Source: a virus
Lineage: Duplodnaviria; Heunggongvirae; Uroviricota; Caudoviricetes
Length of the DNA: 64,000 nucleotides
Reading direction: 5' to 3' (one strand)
Virus record (IMG/VR): IMGVR_UViG_3300037418_002559
Coordinates: 15,999-79,998 of that record
In this document: positions 33,553 to 43,623 of the stretch, piece after piece
Layout of the letters: every line of letters begins with the position of its first letter
How positions within the stretch are numbered: the first letter of the stretch is position 1
Notes under the pieces: model-generated
What the model was told of the DNA's origin: nothing
The model's database searches: none
The model's input: only the letters and a program-made list of their open reading frames with translations
Made by a program: the position numbers and the translations under genes

Positions 33553-35448
33553 GTGATCAAGGCACCACCAGTAATTTCTTGCGATTTTGAGACACACGGT
33601 ATAGAAGGCCGTCCTGACTACCCACCTAAACCAGTGTCACTTGGGTTGAAGTGGCCTGACCAGCGCGAATACAAGCTCATGGCATGGGGCCACGAAGCTG
33701 GCGACAACAACTGCACCGAAAAAGAAGCACGCGCTGAATACAAAAAAGCACATAACAGTAAGTACGCCATGCTTTTTCAGAATGGCTCTTTCGACCAGGA
33801 TGTAGCAGAGACACATTGGGAGATTCCACTGCTACCTTGGGACAAGACGCAGGACACGATGTATCTCATATTCTTATGGGATCCGCATGCACCTTCGCTG
33901 GCGTTGAAAGAAAGTGCGCATCGTCTACTTGGCATTAAGCCAGAGGAGCAGGACTTACTTAAGGATTGGATTTTGGCCAACGTGCCTGAAGCCAAGCGCA
34001 AGCCAAGTAGCTGGGGTGCGTATATCTGGAAAGCGCCTTACCGCGTAGTACGCCCTTACCACAAAGGTGATCTCGTACGTACAGATAAGGTATTTAATTA
34101 TCTATATCCTCGTATTGTGCAGGCTGAGATGCTGGAGGCTTACCAGCGTGAGTTGAAGCTCATGCCTATATTACTGCGCAATGCTCGGGCTGGTATGCGT
34201 GTAGATATGGATGGTCTAGAGCGCGACTTACCGGCGATGGTTACTGGCGTTGAGAAAGCTGACGCTTGGCTGCGTAAGCGTCTTGGTATCGAAAACATCG
34301 ACAGCGACCGCCAACTAGGGCAAGCACTCTATGACAAAGGCATCGTCACTGATTTTAAGCTAACGCCCAAAGGTCAGCTCAGTACAAGCAAGAAGACACT
34401 TACTTTGAATAAGTTCAAAGACCCACGTGTCTATCAGGCACTCCAGTACCGTGGCCAGATGAGCACTTCTATCTCAATGTTCATCAAGCCTTGGCTGGAA
34501 CTGGGTACTACTGGTAAAGGCGTGATCCACCCAAATTGGTCACAAGTGCGCAGCCCAAAGGGCAACAAGGATACCGGTGGCGCGCGCAGTGGCCGTATCA
34601 TCTGCTCCCGTCCCAACTTTTTGAATATCCCGAAGAAATGGAAGCGCGCTGCTTCAGCCGGTTATGTGCATCCAGCGTTCTTGAAAGTTCCAGAGCTACC
34701 TTACGTCAGACAGTACTGTCTGCCTGACGTGGGCCAACAGTGGGGTAAACGCGACTTCAATCAGCAAGAACTACGTCTCTTCGGGCATTTTGAAGAAGGC
34801 CCGGTCATGCATGGTTTCTTACACGATCCGAAATTCGACATACACGAATCGGTAAGAGCGGAGTGTGAGCGGCGCTTGATAGAAGCCGCCTTGCGCGAAG
34901 GCTTTGACCGTGATACAGCGAAGAGCTGCGTATTTGGTCGACTGTACGGGCAAGGCATAGCTGGTCTGATGCAACTATTGCAACTCTTAGACGAAGAGCG
35001 ACCAATTGCGCAGATCATTCAGCAAGCGATCAACACGGCTGTACCATCTATTAAAGAGTTGGATAACCAGCTGAAGGCATTAGCGAAAGAAGGCCAGCCA
35101 ATCCGCACTTGGGGTGGCCGCTTGTACTACTGCGAAGAGCCTGAGTATAGCGAGAAGTACGGTCGTGACATGACCTTTGAGTATAAGCTGCTGAACTATC
35201 TGATGCAAGGTAGTGGCGCTGATGTTACGAAGGAGACTATCATACGGTACGACGAGGCGAAAAAGAACAGCCGCTTCATTGTCACCGTATATGACGAGAT
35301 CAATTTCAGTGCGCCAGCAAAGGCTATGAAAGAAGAGCAGAAGATACTGCGCGATTGTATGCGTAGTATAGAAACGGACGTCCCCATGCTCTCAGATGGA
35401 GAAGTAGGGACGGATTGGGGCAGACTTGAGAAGCTTAAGGAGCAATAG
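33553..35448 (+). CDS. family A DNA polymerase with 3'-5' exonuclease domain (T7/Pol I-like, no 5' nuclease)
   Basis: Exo I ISCDFETHG; Exo II NGSFDQDV; motif A DFNQQELRLFGHF; motif B AKSCVFGRLYGQG; motif C VTVYDEINF. Start taken at GTG 33553 after GAGGT. The track's TTG at 33427 is the alternative. Confidence 0.85.
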   Translation: MIKAPPVISCDFETHGIEGRPDYPPKPVSLGLKWPDQREYKLMAWGHEAGDNNCTEKEARAEYKKAHNSKYAMLFQNGSFDQDVAETHWEIPLLPWDKTQDTMYLIFLWDPHAPSLALKESAHRLLGIKPEEQDLLKDWILANVPEAKRKPSSWGAYIWKAPYRVVRPYHKGDLVRTDKVFNYLYPRIVQAEMLEAYQRELKLMPILLRNARAGMRVDMDGLERDLPAMVTGVEKADAWLRKRLGIENIDSDRQLGQALYDKGIVTDFKLTPKGQLSTSKKTLTLNKFKDPRVYQALQYRGQMSTSISMFIKPWLELGTTGKGVIHPNWSQVRSPKGNKDTGGARSGRIICSRPNFLNIPKKWKRAASAGYVHPAFLKVPELPYVRQYCLPDVGQQWGKRDFNQQELRLFGHFEEGPVMHGFLHDPKFDIHESVRAECERRLIEAALREGFDRDTAKSCVFGRLYGQGIAGLMQLLQLLDEERPIAQIIQQAINTAVPSIKELDNQLKALAKEGQPIRTWGGRLYYCEEPEYSEKYGRDMTFEYKLLNYLMQGSGADVTKETIIRYDEAKKNSRFIVTVYDEINFSAPAKAMKEEQKILRDCMRSIETDVPMLSDGEVGTDWGRLEKLKEQ

Positions 35449-36180
35449 ATGACCGAACTACTTACGAAAGATTTATACTGGATTCTGCGCCGTACACCGA
35501 GATGCGTCATTTCGCTTATGGAGTGTAACGCGCAAGTGTTCATGGCTGGCGGTTTCATACGCGCGCATGTGGCTAACGAAGAAGCGCAAGACATCGATCT
35601 ATTTGCACCGGACGAAGAGCGTGCTAGTTTATATGCACGTATACTGGCTGGCACAAATGGCAGTCTGTTCAAAACTAAGAATGCATACACAGTCAGAGCA
35701 GCGGAATATTCTCTGCCAATACAGGTCATCCATCGCTGGACATACACCAAGCCTGAAGAGCTTATTCAGAGCTTCGACTTTACAGTTGCAAAGACAGTTA
35801 TTTGGTGCAGTGGCAAGCGCGACGAACTTGCGCACCGCGTTGCTTGGCATTCGCTTACGCACGAAAACTTCTACGCCGACCTTGCTGCGAAGCGGTTAGC
35901 GTATACACGACCGCAGCGTAATGAAGATGCTGGTGGCAGTTTACTGCGCGTGCTGAAGTTCTACCAAAAGGGCTACCGTATTCCACTTGACTCGTTGAGC
36001 GCTGTTGTAGCCCGTATGCTCGTGGGTGTGGAGCCTGCGCAGGTTAACGATATCATGCTACAACTGGCGTGCACGAAGGAGGAAGCACTTACCACGGTAA
36101 TTACAGCCTTGCTGCATGAAGTCGATCCACAGCAAGACCCGCAGCATCTATTTCATTTACCATCGGAGGCTGATGCGTAG
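35449..36180 (+). CDS. Pol-beta-superfamily nucleotidyltransferase-fold protein
   Basis: AGGFIRAHVANEEAQDIDLF (GG...DxD). Confidence 0.55.
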   Translation: MTELLTKDLYWILRRTPRCVISLMECNAQVFMAGGFIRAHVANEEAQDIDLFAPDEERASLYARILAGTNGSLFKTKNAYTVRAAEYSLPIQVIHRWTYTKPEELIQSFDFTVAKTVIWCSGKRDELAHRVAWHSLTHENFYADLAAKRLAYTRPQRNEDAGGSLLRVLKFYQKGYRIPLDSLSAVVARMLVGVEPAQVNDIMLQLACTKEEALTTVITALLHEVDPQQDPQHLFHLPSEADA

Positions 36181-36355
36181 AATACCCAATGCCAAGCGGC
36201 GACCACGTCGCAGAAGCGAAACGCTTGCTTGCTACAAGAATGATCACGATAAGTGCCCCGGTAAAGTAAGCATGAACCACGGGCAATTCATTGATTGCAG
36301 TTGTAAATGTCATAGGAAAGAACAGAGGCCTCAGCTACAGCTATGCCACCCGTAA
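36173..36355 (+). CDS. Cys/His-rich small protein
   Basis: CYKNDHDKCPGK...CSCKCH. Confidence 0.35.
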   Translation: MRRIPNAKRRPRRRSETLACYKNDHDKCPGKVSMNHGQFIDCSCKCHRKEQRPQLQLCHP

Positions 36356-37071
36356 AGAAGGCTGTCCCACTCGCGAACCTAACGTCTTGGTCTTACTCCG
36401 TATACACAGCATATCTAAAGTGCCCACTTTCTGTATGCTTTGATAAAGTCAAACGAATTCGTATCATCGAACCACCAAACCCTCATTTTGAGAAGGGTAA
36501 CATGATCCATAAATCCGCCGAGAATTACATTGGCGGCAAAGGAAAGCCACCGGCCATCATACCAGAATTAAAAGCTGTGAAAGACCGTTTGGTAACCTTC
36601 CGAAAGCTGAAGGCGTTCGTGGAACAAGACTGGGCTTTTACTAAAGATTGGCTGCCGACGCAATGGAACGACTGGACACATTGTTGGCTACGTATCAAGG
36701 TGGACGTATGTGCGGTAACAAAGGAGCCACCGCTAGTACAGATCACTGACTGGAAGAGTGGTAAGGTCTACGATGATCACAAGCAACAACGCAGTTTGTA
36801 CGCACTAGGTGGCTTGCAGCTTGTGGAACTTGGCCTGCTAGCTGGCGGCGCTAAAGACGTCAAGGTGATCGCTGAGCACTTGTATACCGACACGACACAG
36901 TCGGCCACGGAAGAGTTCACCATGAAGGACCTGAAGCCTCTCAAACGTGAATGGACAACGCGCATTAAGCAGATGATGTCGGACACACGCTATCCAGCCA
37001 GAGTCGGCTCCCACTGTCGCTACTGCAAGTACAGAAAGTCGAATGGAGGCCCTTGCCCGGAGAATCAGTGA
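36343..37071 (+). CDS. Cas4/RecB-like PD-(D/E)XK nuclease with Fe-S Cys cluster
   Basis: N-terminal YLKCPLSV; VQITDWKSGK resembles iDYKTG; C-terminal HCRYCKYRKSNGGPC. Confidence 0.7.
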   Translation: MPPVKKAVPLANLTSWSYSVYTAYLKCPLSVCFDKVKRIRIIEPPNPHFEKGNMIHKSAENYIGGKGKPPAIIPELKAVKDRLVTFRKLKAFVEQDWAFTKDWLPTQWNDWTHCWLRIKVDVCAVTKEPPLVQITDWKSGKVYDDHKQQRSLYALGGLQLVELGLLAGGAKDVKVIAEHLYTDTTQSATEEFTMKDLKPLKREWTTRIKQMMSDTRYPARVGSHCRYCKYRKSNGGPCPENQ

Positions 37072-37164
37072 TGGAACAGTGTCAACACGAGGAGATTTAC
37101 AGAGAAGGATCGCTGGGTTGGTTCTGCAAGAAATGCCAGCAGCCGATTGAAAATCCGGAAGACT

Positions 37165-37398
37165 ATGCAGATGACTGAGTATACGCGAACGGAACTGCGC
37201 TTGACCAAAGACGGACCAGAATTAGTCCGCGTAAAGAAGTATGTGGCCCCGTCCAAGGAGGTGCTGGCCGAGCTGTATAGAACGGCGCGGTCAGTACCTG
37301 ACTTGGACGAATTGGCCGCGTGGATTGCCAAAATGCAAGGCTTGCACGCGGCCTACCAACGGGCGGTGAGGAGGGAGACAAGACGTGCCAAGACGTGA
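37165..37398 (+). CDS. hypothetical small protein
   Basis: Internal ATG of track ORF 37147. Confidence 0.35.
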   Translation: MQMTEYTRTELRLTKDGPELVRVKKYVAPSKEVLAELYRTARSVPDLDELAAWIAKMQGLHAAYQRAVRRETRRAKT

Positions 37399-37774
37399 AT
37401 CCGTGCTGGAATCATGGGCTGTACGATGGGCGCGGGGCTGTGGTATTATCAGGGCGAAGCTAACGGCCTGCGACGGCATACCGGATAGCATCTTCTTCAT
37501 TCCTGGCGGTTCGCCAGTAATCGTTGAGTTCAAGAAGAAGGGCAAAGTAGGCTCTGGATTGCAGCAGCTTACGCAGCCTTGGTACTGGAAAAAGCTGACA
37601 GAATTGGGGTACAAGGTCTACAAGTGTGACAGTAAAGAGCAATTCTTAGAAATCATGAAGGAGTACGAATCATGTCAGTCTGTGATATATGCAAAGAACG
37701 TGACCCAGAAGACTGCCGCTGCAAGCACGAAAGCTCGGCGCGAACAATACAAGACGAAGAGATCAAAGACATGA
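37385..37774 (+). CDS. VRR-NUC domain nuclease
   Basis: GIPDSIFFIPGGSPVIVEFKKKGKVGSGLQQLTQPWYWKKLTELGYKVYKC; GTG after GGAGGGAG. Confidence 0.65.
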   Translation: MPRRESVLESWAVRWARGCGIIRAKLTACDGIPDSIFFIPGGSPVIVEFKKKGKVGSGLQQLTQPWYWKKLTELGYKVYKCDSKEQFLEIMKEYESCQSVIYAKNVTQKTAAASTKARREQYKTKRSKT

Positions 37775-37887
37775 TCGCTTTTCTGCAAAATTCCGGTCTT
37801 GGTATCGTGATCAAGTCGAACACTTGTGCCATGCTCGAGGAGCTGTTAAAGCTGAGAAAGCGGGTACGCAATGCCGCCGCTGCTTGA
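37672..37887 (+). CDS. zinc-binding small protein
   Basis: CDICKERDPEDCRCKHE. Confidence 0.35.
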   Translation: MSVCDICKERDPEDCRCKHESSARTIQDEEIKDMIAFLQNSGLGIVIKSNTCAMLEELLKLRKRVRNAAAA

Positions 37888-38239
37888 TTGCAAAGTAGGG
37901 GACAAGGTGCGCGTGCGGCCTGGATGGAACCCAATGGCTCCCACGCGAACCGTGATCGAGGTAGATCAAAATACTGGCGAGGCGACGCTGGATTGCACGG
38001 CGCTCAACGATGTCAAAATAACGGGCAGCAACGTGGATATATGGGAGCTTGTGCCAGTTACGCCGTTGTTTGATTGCAAGCTAGGAGACAGAGTACGCGA
38101 TGGCAGAGGTGTTGAATGGACGGTAAAAGGCATCAACACGCGTAGTGGTGACTTATACGTGGAATGCGCGAGAGGCTACGGCACCATAACGGCAAAGACG
38201 GCCAAGCACTGGACACGCGTGAAAAGGAGTAGCAGGTGA
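37871..38239 (+). CDS. protein with two tandem ~45-aa repeats
   Basis: LLDCKVGDKVRVRPGW... and LFDCKLGDRVRDGRGV... Confidence 0.4.
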   Translation: MPPLLDCKVGDKVRVRPGWNPMAPTRTVIEVDQNTGEATLDCTALNDVKITGSNVDIWELVPVTPLFDCKLGDRVRDGRGVEWTVKGINTRSGDLYVECARGYGTITAKTAKHWTRVKRSSR

Positions 38240-39723
38240 GCTCTGATGATTTAGTACCAAAATCGCTGGCCGAAAAGATGTCGGAATGGCGGCGGCAGGC
38301 GCGAGCATGGCATCCGCATCCGTATCAGGGAAGAGCGCTGAAGTTTTTGCTGGAACACAGCTACGCTGGGCTACTACTTGACCCCGGCATGGGCAAAACT
38401 AGCGTATCGCTGGCAGCCGTAAAAATACTCTTACAGAAGAAGCTGATCAAGCGTGTGCTTGTTATCGCGCCGCTGCGCGCCTGCTACGATACATGGCCTG
38501 CCGAGGTGTGCGATTGGACCGACTTCAAGAACATGCGCATTGCGCTGCTACACGGTGCTGATAAGGAGAAGAACCTTAGATCACTTACGTCTGCACATCA
38601 GATTTGTATTATCAACCCAGAAGGAGTGCCGTGGCTGTTCGCGAATAAGACGCGTGTGCAGCTGCTCGGTGCCGACATGCTTATTGTGGACGAGTCCAGC
38701 CTTTGGAAGAGCTCGGTCACGGTGCGCTTCCGCGCGCTGCGCAAGTATTTAGCCGAGTTCAAACGCCGCGTCATACTCACAGGCAGCCCAAGGCCGCGCC
38801 ACTATCTTGACCTGCATGGACAAGTATATTTGATGGATCGCGGAGCCACGCTAGGCGAATATCTTACCCACTACCGCAATAACTTCTTCTTCCCTACCGG
38901 CTACCAAATGCGCGAATGGGAGATACTTCCCGGCGCGGCGGAGAAGATAGACGCGTTGGTAGCGCCCATGGTGCTGCGGCTGGATGCGCAAGACTACCTG
39001 ACACTGCCCAAGGAGCTGGAGCGCACCCACCGCATTGAGCTCCCGCCCAAAGCGCGCGCCGAGTACGACAGTATTGAGAATAGCCTGATGAGCACGCTGT
39101 TTACAGCGCCGCTCGTGAGCTCGGCCAGTGCGCGCTCAAAATGCTGCCAGATTGCGAATGGTGCAGTCTACACGGACATGCTGCCTGAGGAGCGGTGGAA
39201 CAAGACGCGCCCATCCAAGGTTATACACACGGCCAAAGTGGACGCTGTAGTAGACCTTGTGCGCGAGTTGCAGGGCGAGCCACTACTGCTGGGCATCGGA
39301 TTCCAGCACGACGTTACAGCGCTGCGGCTCGCGCTGGGGAAAGACGTGCCATGCATCAACGGCCATACGACGCGCGCGCAGGCGGCGGATTACATCGAGC
39401 GCTGGAATAAGGGATTGCTACCGTTGCTTCTTGGCCATCCGGCGTCCATGGGCCACTCACTTAACCTGCAGAAGTTCAACGCGCGGCACGTCGGGTTCTT
39501 CGACATACCGGATAACTTCGACTACTACGACCAGTTTTATAAGCGCGTGAACCGCCAAGGCAACAAAGCTGGCTTTGTCATGAAGCACCACTTCGTAGTG
39601 GCAGCAACAGTAGACGTGGTGAAGATGCGCAATTTGCGCGCCAAAGACACCGGCCAGAAGGCATTTCTAAATGCCATGAAGAAATACAGCGAAGAGCGGC
39701 ACCAAGGAAAGGCCTCATTATGA
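38236..39723 (+). CDS. SNF2-family ATP-dependent helicase
   Basis: HPYQGRALKFLL...LLDPGMGKTSVSL (motif I); LIVDESSLWKS (motif II); GTG after AAGGAG. Confidence 0.7.
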   Translation: MSSDDLVPKSLAEKMSEWRRQARAWHPHPYQGRALKFLLEHSYAGLLLDPGMGKTSVSLAAVKILLQKKLIKRVLVIAPLRACYDTWPAEVCDWTDFKNMRIALLHGADKEKNLRSLTSAHQICIINPEGVPWLFANKTRVQLLGADMLIVDESSLWKSSVTVRFRALRKYLAEFKRRVILTGSPRPRHYLDLHGQVYLMDRGATLGEYLTHYRNNFFFPTGYQMREWEILPGAAEKIDALVAPMVLRLDAQDYLTLPKELERTHRIELPPKARAEYDSIENSLMSTLFTAPLVSSASARSKCCQIANGAVYTDMLPEERWNKTRPSKVIHTAKVDAVVDLVRELQGEPLLLGIGFQHDVTALRLALGKDVPCINGHTTRAQAADYIERWNKGLLPLLLGHPASMGHSLNLQKFNARHVGFFDIPDNFDYYDQFYKRVNRQGNKAGFVMKHHFVVAATVDVVKMRNLRAKDTGQKAFLNAMKKYSEERHQGKASL

Positions 39724-39974
39724 ACAGAATTGAAGAAATAGACAAGCAGATTAAAGAGCTATCGGCTGAGAAGACAGCCATACAAGACGCCTGTGCACAC
39801 CCACCTTTGTGCATTCGGTATCAATACGACGCTAGTACTGGAAACTGGGACCGTAACTCTGATTGTTACTGGACAAACTTGCGCTGCACTCTGTGCGGTA
39901 AACGCTGGCAAGTCGAAGGAAGCATCGACCCAGGCGTGGGCGCAAAGAAGATAGAAAGAGGAGCGGAGCTATAA
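39720..39974 (+). CDS. zinc-ribbon small protein
   Basis: CAHPPLC...CTLCGKRW. Confidence 0.4.
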   Translation: MNRIEEIDKQIKELSAEKTAIQDACAHPPLCIRYQYDASTGNWDRNSDCYWTNLRCTLCGKRWQVEGSIDPGVGAKKIERGAEL

Positions 39975-40004
39975 TTATTCCAGCGCCTGAAGGAGCGCTT
40001 TGAA
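39970..40004 (+). promoter_or_regulatory. TATAAT element plus hairpin with SD in loop
   Basis: TATAAT at 39970-39975, overlapping the upstream stop. AGCGC-CTGAAGGA-GCGCT. ATG at 40005. Confidence 0.4.
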
Positions 40005-40317
40005 ATGAACAAAGACAGAGTATTCAGACTGCACGATGGTTGGTACTGCATCGTGGACGGACACACGTACGGCACATGGGAAACAAAGGAAATCGCCGAG
40101 GCTGGCATGGCTACTGAGCGCCGACGCGCCGACGCGCGAAAGGCGGCTGCGTAGTGAAAATACATACTATGAGTGAAACTGCCATTGACTATCTGGCCGC
40201 GCAGATATGGAGGCGCATTGACGCCTCTGACGTGCTTGTATGGCGCGATGTCGCGGTGGCGACGAGGCAGCGCTACCAACAATACGTGCGCGACATCATC
40301 CTGAAAGAGGAGGCGCT

Positions 40318-40548
40318 ATGAATGAGTTGTCTCCAAGGCAGCGGGTGGCCGTGCTGAACGCGGCCATCCAGGCTACAGCGACCGTACACAGCAGGGTATA
40401 CGACCAGCCTTTCTACGCAGTAACGCACATGAAAGATGCCGGGCGGTGCACCTGCGAATACGGCATGACAATACGCGGGCTGAAGCTCATGCGACGTGAA
40501 TACTACGTCGCCATTGAGCACGCCAAAAAGAAGGTGGTGAAGAAATGA
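40318..40548 (+). CDS. hypothetical small protein
   Basis: GAGGAGG SD. Confidence 0.35.
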   Translation: MNELSPRQRVAVLNAAIQATATVHSRVYDQPFYAVTHMKDAGRCTCEYGMTIRGLKLMRREYYVAIEHAKKKVVKK

Positions 40549-40925
40549 TTCCGACGACGGAGGAAGTGCTAAGAGAAATAGGAGCGGCGGGTGTGGTGGT
40601 CGGCAGCGTCGCGCGCGGAAAGGCGCATCCGAAAGATCTGGACGTCGTGGTGCGCCCGCGCGGCAAGGCAGCCAAGAATTCTGTATTCGACCGAATCAGT
40701 CGTCGTTGGCCCAAAGAAGTGGATAGTGAATGTATTGGCCACCTGACCGTGCGCGCCGCGCCGCTTTGCGTGGAGCTGTTCGAGCATCAGTATTTTAGGA
40801 CTGGCGACGCGGCAAAGGACGCTTGCCGTGTTGGATTCGCCAAGGCGCGGCGGAACAGCGCATGGCGCATGGTCTATGGTGCGACAATGCAAGTGCTGGA
40901 GGTGAGTAATGCAACTGCCGATTAG
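40545..40925 (+). CDS. minimal nucleotidyltransferase (MNT/KNTase-like)
   Basis: VVGSVARGKAHPKDLDVVV (GS...DxD); ATGA overlap. Confidence 0.6.
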   Translation: MIPTTEEVLREIGAAGVVVGSVARGKAHPKDLDVVVRPRGKAAKNSVFDRISRRWPKEVDSECIGHLTVRAAPLCVELFEHQYFRTGDAAKDACRVGFAKARRNSAWRMVYGATMQVLEVSNATAD

Positions 40926-41172
40926 TTTCGCTAGCTTCCCTGTCAAGGAGAAGTACATCGACGAAGAGACGTCCGTGTTGTCGCGTTGGATGGTCTTTGG
41001 CGAGCACAAAGACGGTACTGTGGATGTTTGCGACGCGCAAGGCAACGACATATTCACGCGCGTCCCGGCGCCATTGGCAGAACTACTATGCCGCAAACGA
41101 AATATCTGGGTAGGCGAGCTGCTGGAGCAGCTGAACGGGAAACGTGCGTTTCCGGGGTGGCCTCCATGCTGA
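40909..41172 (+). CDS. hypothetical protein
   Basis: ORF track entry. Confidence 0.35.
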   Translation: MQLPISFASFPVKEKYIDEETSVLSRWMVFGEHKDGTVDVCDAQGNDIFTRVPAPLAELLCRKRNIWVGELLEQLNGKRAFPGWPPC

Positions 41173-41690
41173 GTACATCTGGACGCCTCCAGAACTGGAG
41201 CGACGTGCGCGAGTTCGTGTTCGCCGGAAACGCCACTTTCACGCTCGTGTCGCTCAAGACCGGCGCGCGCTTCACGTACAAGGTAAGGGTGAAGAAGGAA
41301 GACTTGGCGCGGCTGGAAGACGACAGGAAGTTGTCTGCCGTGGTTGGCGAACCTCCGACGTTCTTCACGGAGGCCGACGTGACATACTTCGTCAACCTGC
41401 TGCGCGGCCCGGACAACACCGCCGACTTCGTGTACATGGGCGTGGTGCGCAAGCCGGGGCGGTTCTTCTGGACGGCGGCGTCGGGCAAGGTCGGGCGGCA
41501 GGCTCCAGCGTACAAGGCGCTGCTCTGGATGCTTGACGCCATGACGTGCGAGCGCGACGTGCTCAGCAAGCAGCTGGAGATATGGCATGAAGGAAGATGC
41601 GGGCGCTGCGGACGGAAGCTGACGGTGCCGGAATCTATTGCCGCCGGAATCGGCCCTGAGTGCGCCGGAAGGCTGGAGGTGGCAGCATGA
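41166..41690 (+). CDS. hypothetical protein with C-terminal zinc ribbon (CGRCGRKL...GIGPECA)
   Basis: Internal ATG of track ORF 40986. Confidence 0.4.
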   Translation: MLSTSGRLQNWSDVREFVFAGNATFTLVSLKTGARFTYKVRVKKEDLARLEDDRKLSAVVGEPPTFFTEADVTYFVNLLRGPDNTADFVYMGVVRKPGRFFWTAASGKVGRQAPAYKALLWMLDAMTCERDVLSKQLEIWHEGRCGRCGRKLTVPESIAAGIGPECAGRLEVAA

Positions 41691-41902
41691 ACAAGTGGCA
41701 GGTAAGGGCACTATATGCGCAAGGTTTGCTCGGTTTTGCGCAAGCGCTGCTGATACTGCGTGGCAGACTTACCTTGAACCAAAGCCACGGTTTATTCGGA
41801 ACAGCTACTGCCATGGAATTTCTAGAGTCTGTCAGCCCACTGAACGCAACGTATAGGCGGTGCGGCACCTGGCAGACTAATTGCGGCATTAGGCGGGACT
41901 AG
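41687..41902 (+). CDS. hypothetical small protein
   Basis: GGAGG SD; ATGA overlap. Confidence 0.35.
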   Translation: MNKWQVRALYAQGLLGFAQALLILRGRLTLNQSHGLFGTATAMEFLESVSPLNATYRRCGTWQTNCGIRRD

Positions 41903-42268
41903 AAAGGAGATAGTTACTTAGATGGCGCATAAACCAGCTCCAGAAGACAATGGATTCTCTAATTATGACGGTCCTATCAGACCAAACATTCAAAAGTTGA
42001 AACCCAATATGGAAGCGTACAGAGCAGCCTTAATACGTGCTCAGAAAGCTAAGGAGGAGGAGGAGGAGGACTCAGCGAAATGATGACGCGTTGGGGATTC
42101 ACGGTGCCGGGTGGCCTGGTCGAACGCTTACGCAAGGAGCACGCGCTGCACGAGGCGACGATCGCGTACACGCTGAACAACGGTATCAAAGAGCGGTTGG
42201 CTGCTAAGAACGCTGAGATTAAGCGGCAGCTGGAAGCATTTGGTGCTGCGTTAGAAAAGGGTTTGTAG

Positions 42269-42487
42269 ATGAAGAAGCTACGCGTGACAGGAAACTTTTA
42301 TAGCAGAAATTCCGAACGGAATTACAAGGGCATTTGGTGCGTGCCGTCGGCGTCGGAGAGAAGCCTGCTGTTCGCGTGCCGAACATGGCACAAGGCCGTC
42401 GCGTACGCCATGCTGCATAACGACGGCGTGCCTCACAAGAATGCGGTGCGGCTCGCGCGGCACTGTACGCCAGATTTCCGTGTATAA
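42269..42487 (+). CDS. hypothetical small protein
   Basis: ORF track entry. Confidence 0.4.
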   Translation: MKKLRVTGNFYSRNSERNYKGIWCVPSASERSLLFACRTWHKAVAYAMLHNDGVPHKNAVRLARHCTPDFRV

Positions 42488-42520
42488 TCTTTTCAGCGGC
42501 CTGAAGGGAGCCGACAGAAA
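42481..42520 (+). promoter_or_regulatory. TATAAT plus CAGCGGCCTGAAGGGAGCCGACAGAAAATG cassette
   Basis: TGTATAAT at 42481-42488. GC stem with SD in loop. ATG at 42521. A near-identical block occurs at 43897-43939. Confidence 0.45.
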
Positions 42521-42760
42521 ATGAAACAGAAAATTGATTTGGCGGATTCGAATTTGAAATTGGCGGTTGAAGGACAGGTGGCAACGCTTGTATTCAGGCG
42601 CCATCGCGACGGGCACGAACTCAGCCTGAGCTCGGTCGGCAAGAGCCTCGTGGAGTTCGCGCCCGATGGTTCGCAAGTGGTCGATCACGCCTCGTTCCAT
42701 TCGACAGAGTCGTTCGTGTCAATCTTGCTGGAGTTCCTTGACGCGGAGGTGCTGGCATGA
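42521..42760 (+). CDS. hypothetical small protein
   Basis: Preceded by the conserved cassette. Confidence 0.45.
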   Translation: MKQKIDLADSNLKLAVEGQVATLVFRRHRDGHELSLSSVGKSLVEFAPDGSQVVDHASFHSTESFVSILLEFLDAEVLA

Positions 42761-43056
42761 ACGCACTGACGATGAAACTTCGTTCTGACATGGAAGCGCT
42801 TGGGTTCGAGGAAGTGCCGACTTCGACGCCTTTGGGCGCTGTGATGGGCAACCGTGACTTCCAGCGCGGCGCAACGCTGATCCGCTTCTGGGGCGGTAGA
42901 CTGGCCCCAGAATGGGTACACATCGAGCACGAACCACTGGGTGACCTGGATGAACCGGCCTACGAGGGCCAGACACTGATCGAAATCATTAACAACGGCC
43001 ACGGCACAGGCATTGCGGCGCTGGCGGTCTATCTGAAGAAAGGTGGTCGCCTATGA
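42757..43056 (+). CDS. hypothetical protein
   Basis: ATGA overlap. Confidence 0.45.
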   Translation: MNALTMKLRSDMEALGFEEVPTSTPLGAVMGNRDFQRGATLIRFWGGRLAPEWVHIEHEPLGDLDEPAYEGQTLIEIINNGHGTGIAALAVYLKKGGRL

Positions 43057-43623
43057 AACCGTTTCCAGCGCCAGAGCCACCGAGCCAAGAAGAGCTAGAC
43101 TACTGGGAGGCTAGACGCGCGGCGCGCCTAGCGAAGCACCCCATCGACTACGACGCCTTAGAAGCCGCAGTCGAAGCCTCCGACGAAGACGAAGAGGAGG
43201 AAGACGAAGAGGAGGACGAAGATGCGTAAACAGCGTGTCACCGTCAACGGCACTGAGTATGACAGCGTTGTTGAAAACCCGCAAGGGCAGATTACGCTGT
43301 CTTCGTCTAGACATTCACAGCGGTTCGTGACAACCATGGAAGAGCTTCAGACGCAGTACGGCGTGAAGACGGCGTACTTCGTGAAGGAAGCCCTTGGACG
43401 GAGGAGCGATGATCGTACTTTGTTTGAATGATTATCCCATTGGGGTGTACACCACGTCGGACTTAGCCGATGCCGCTGCCTTGGCTGACTGGAAGCGCCG
43501 CGAGCCGCGCTGGGAAGCGCAGGACTTGCGACTGGGACAGTCCATGTCTGGTTTCACCGGCTACAAGTACATGCGCTACTTCTACCATCAGCACGAATTT
43601 GCCTTGGACGCGGAGGCGAAGCC

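Noticed and set aside
40569-41711. 380-aa minus-strand ORF
   Set aside because: It overlaps four plus-strand genes that have SDs and ATGA couplings. No recognisable domain.
42053-42070. (GAG)6 microsatellite
   Set aside because: It lies inside the 53-aa ORF 41922-42083 and simply encodes a poly-Glu tail. No regulatory context.
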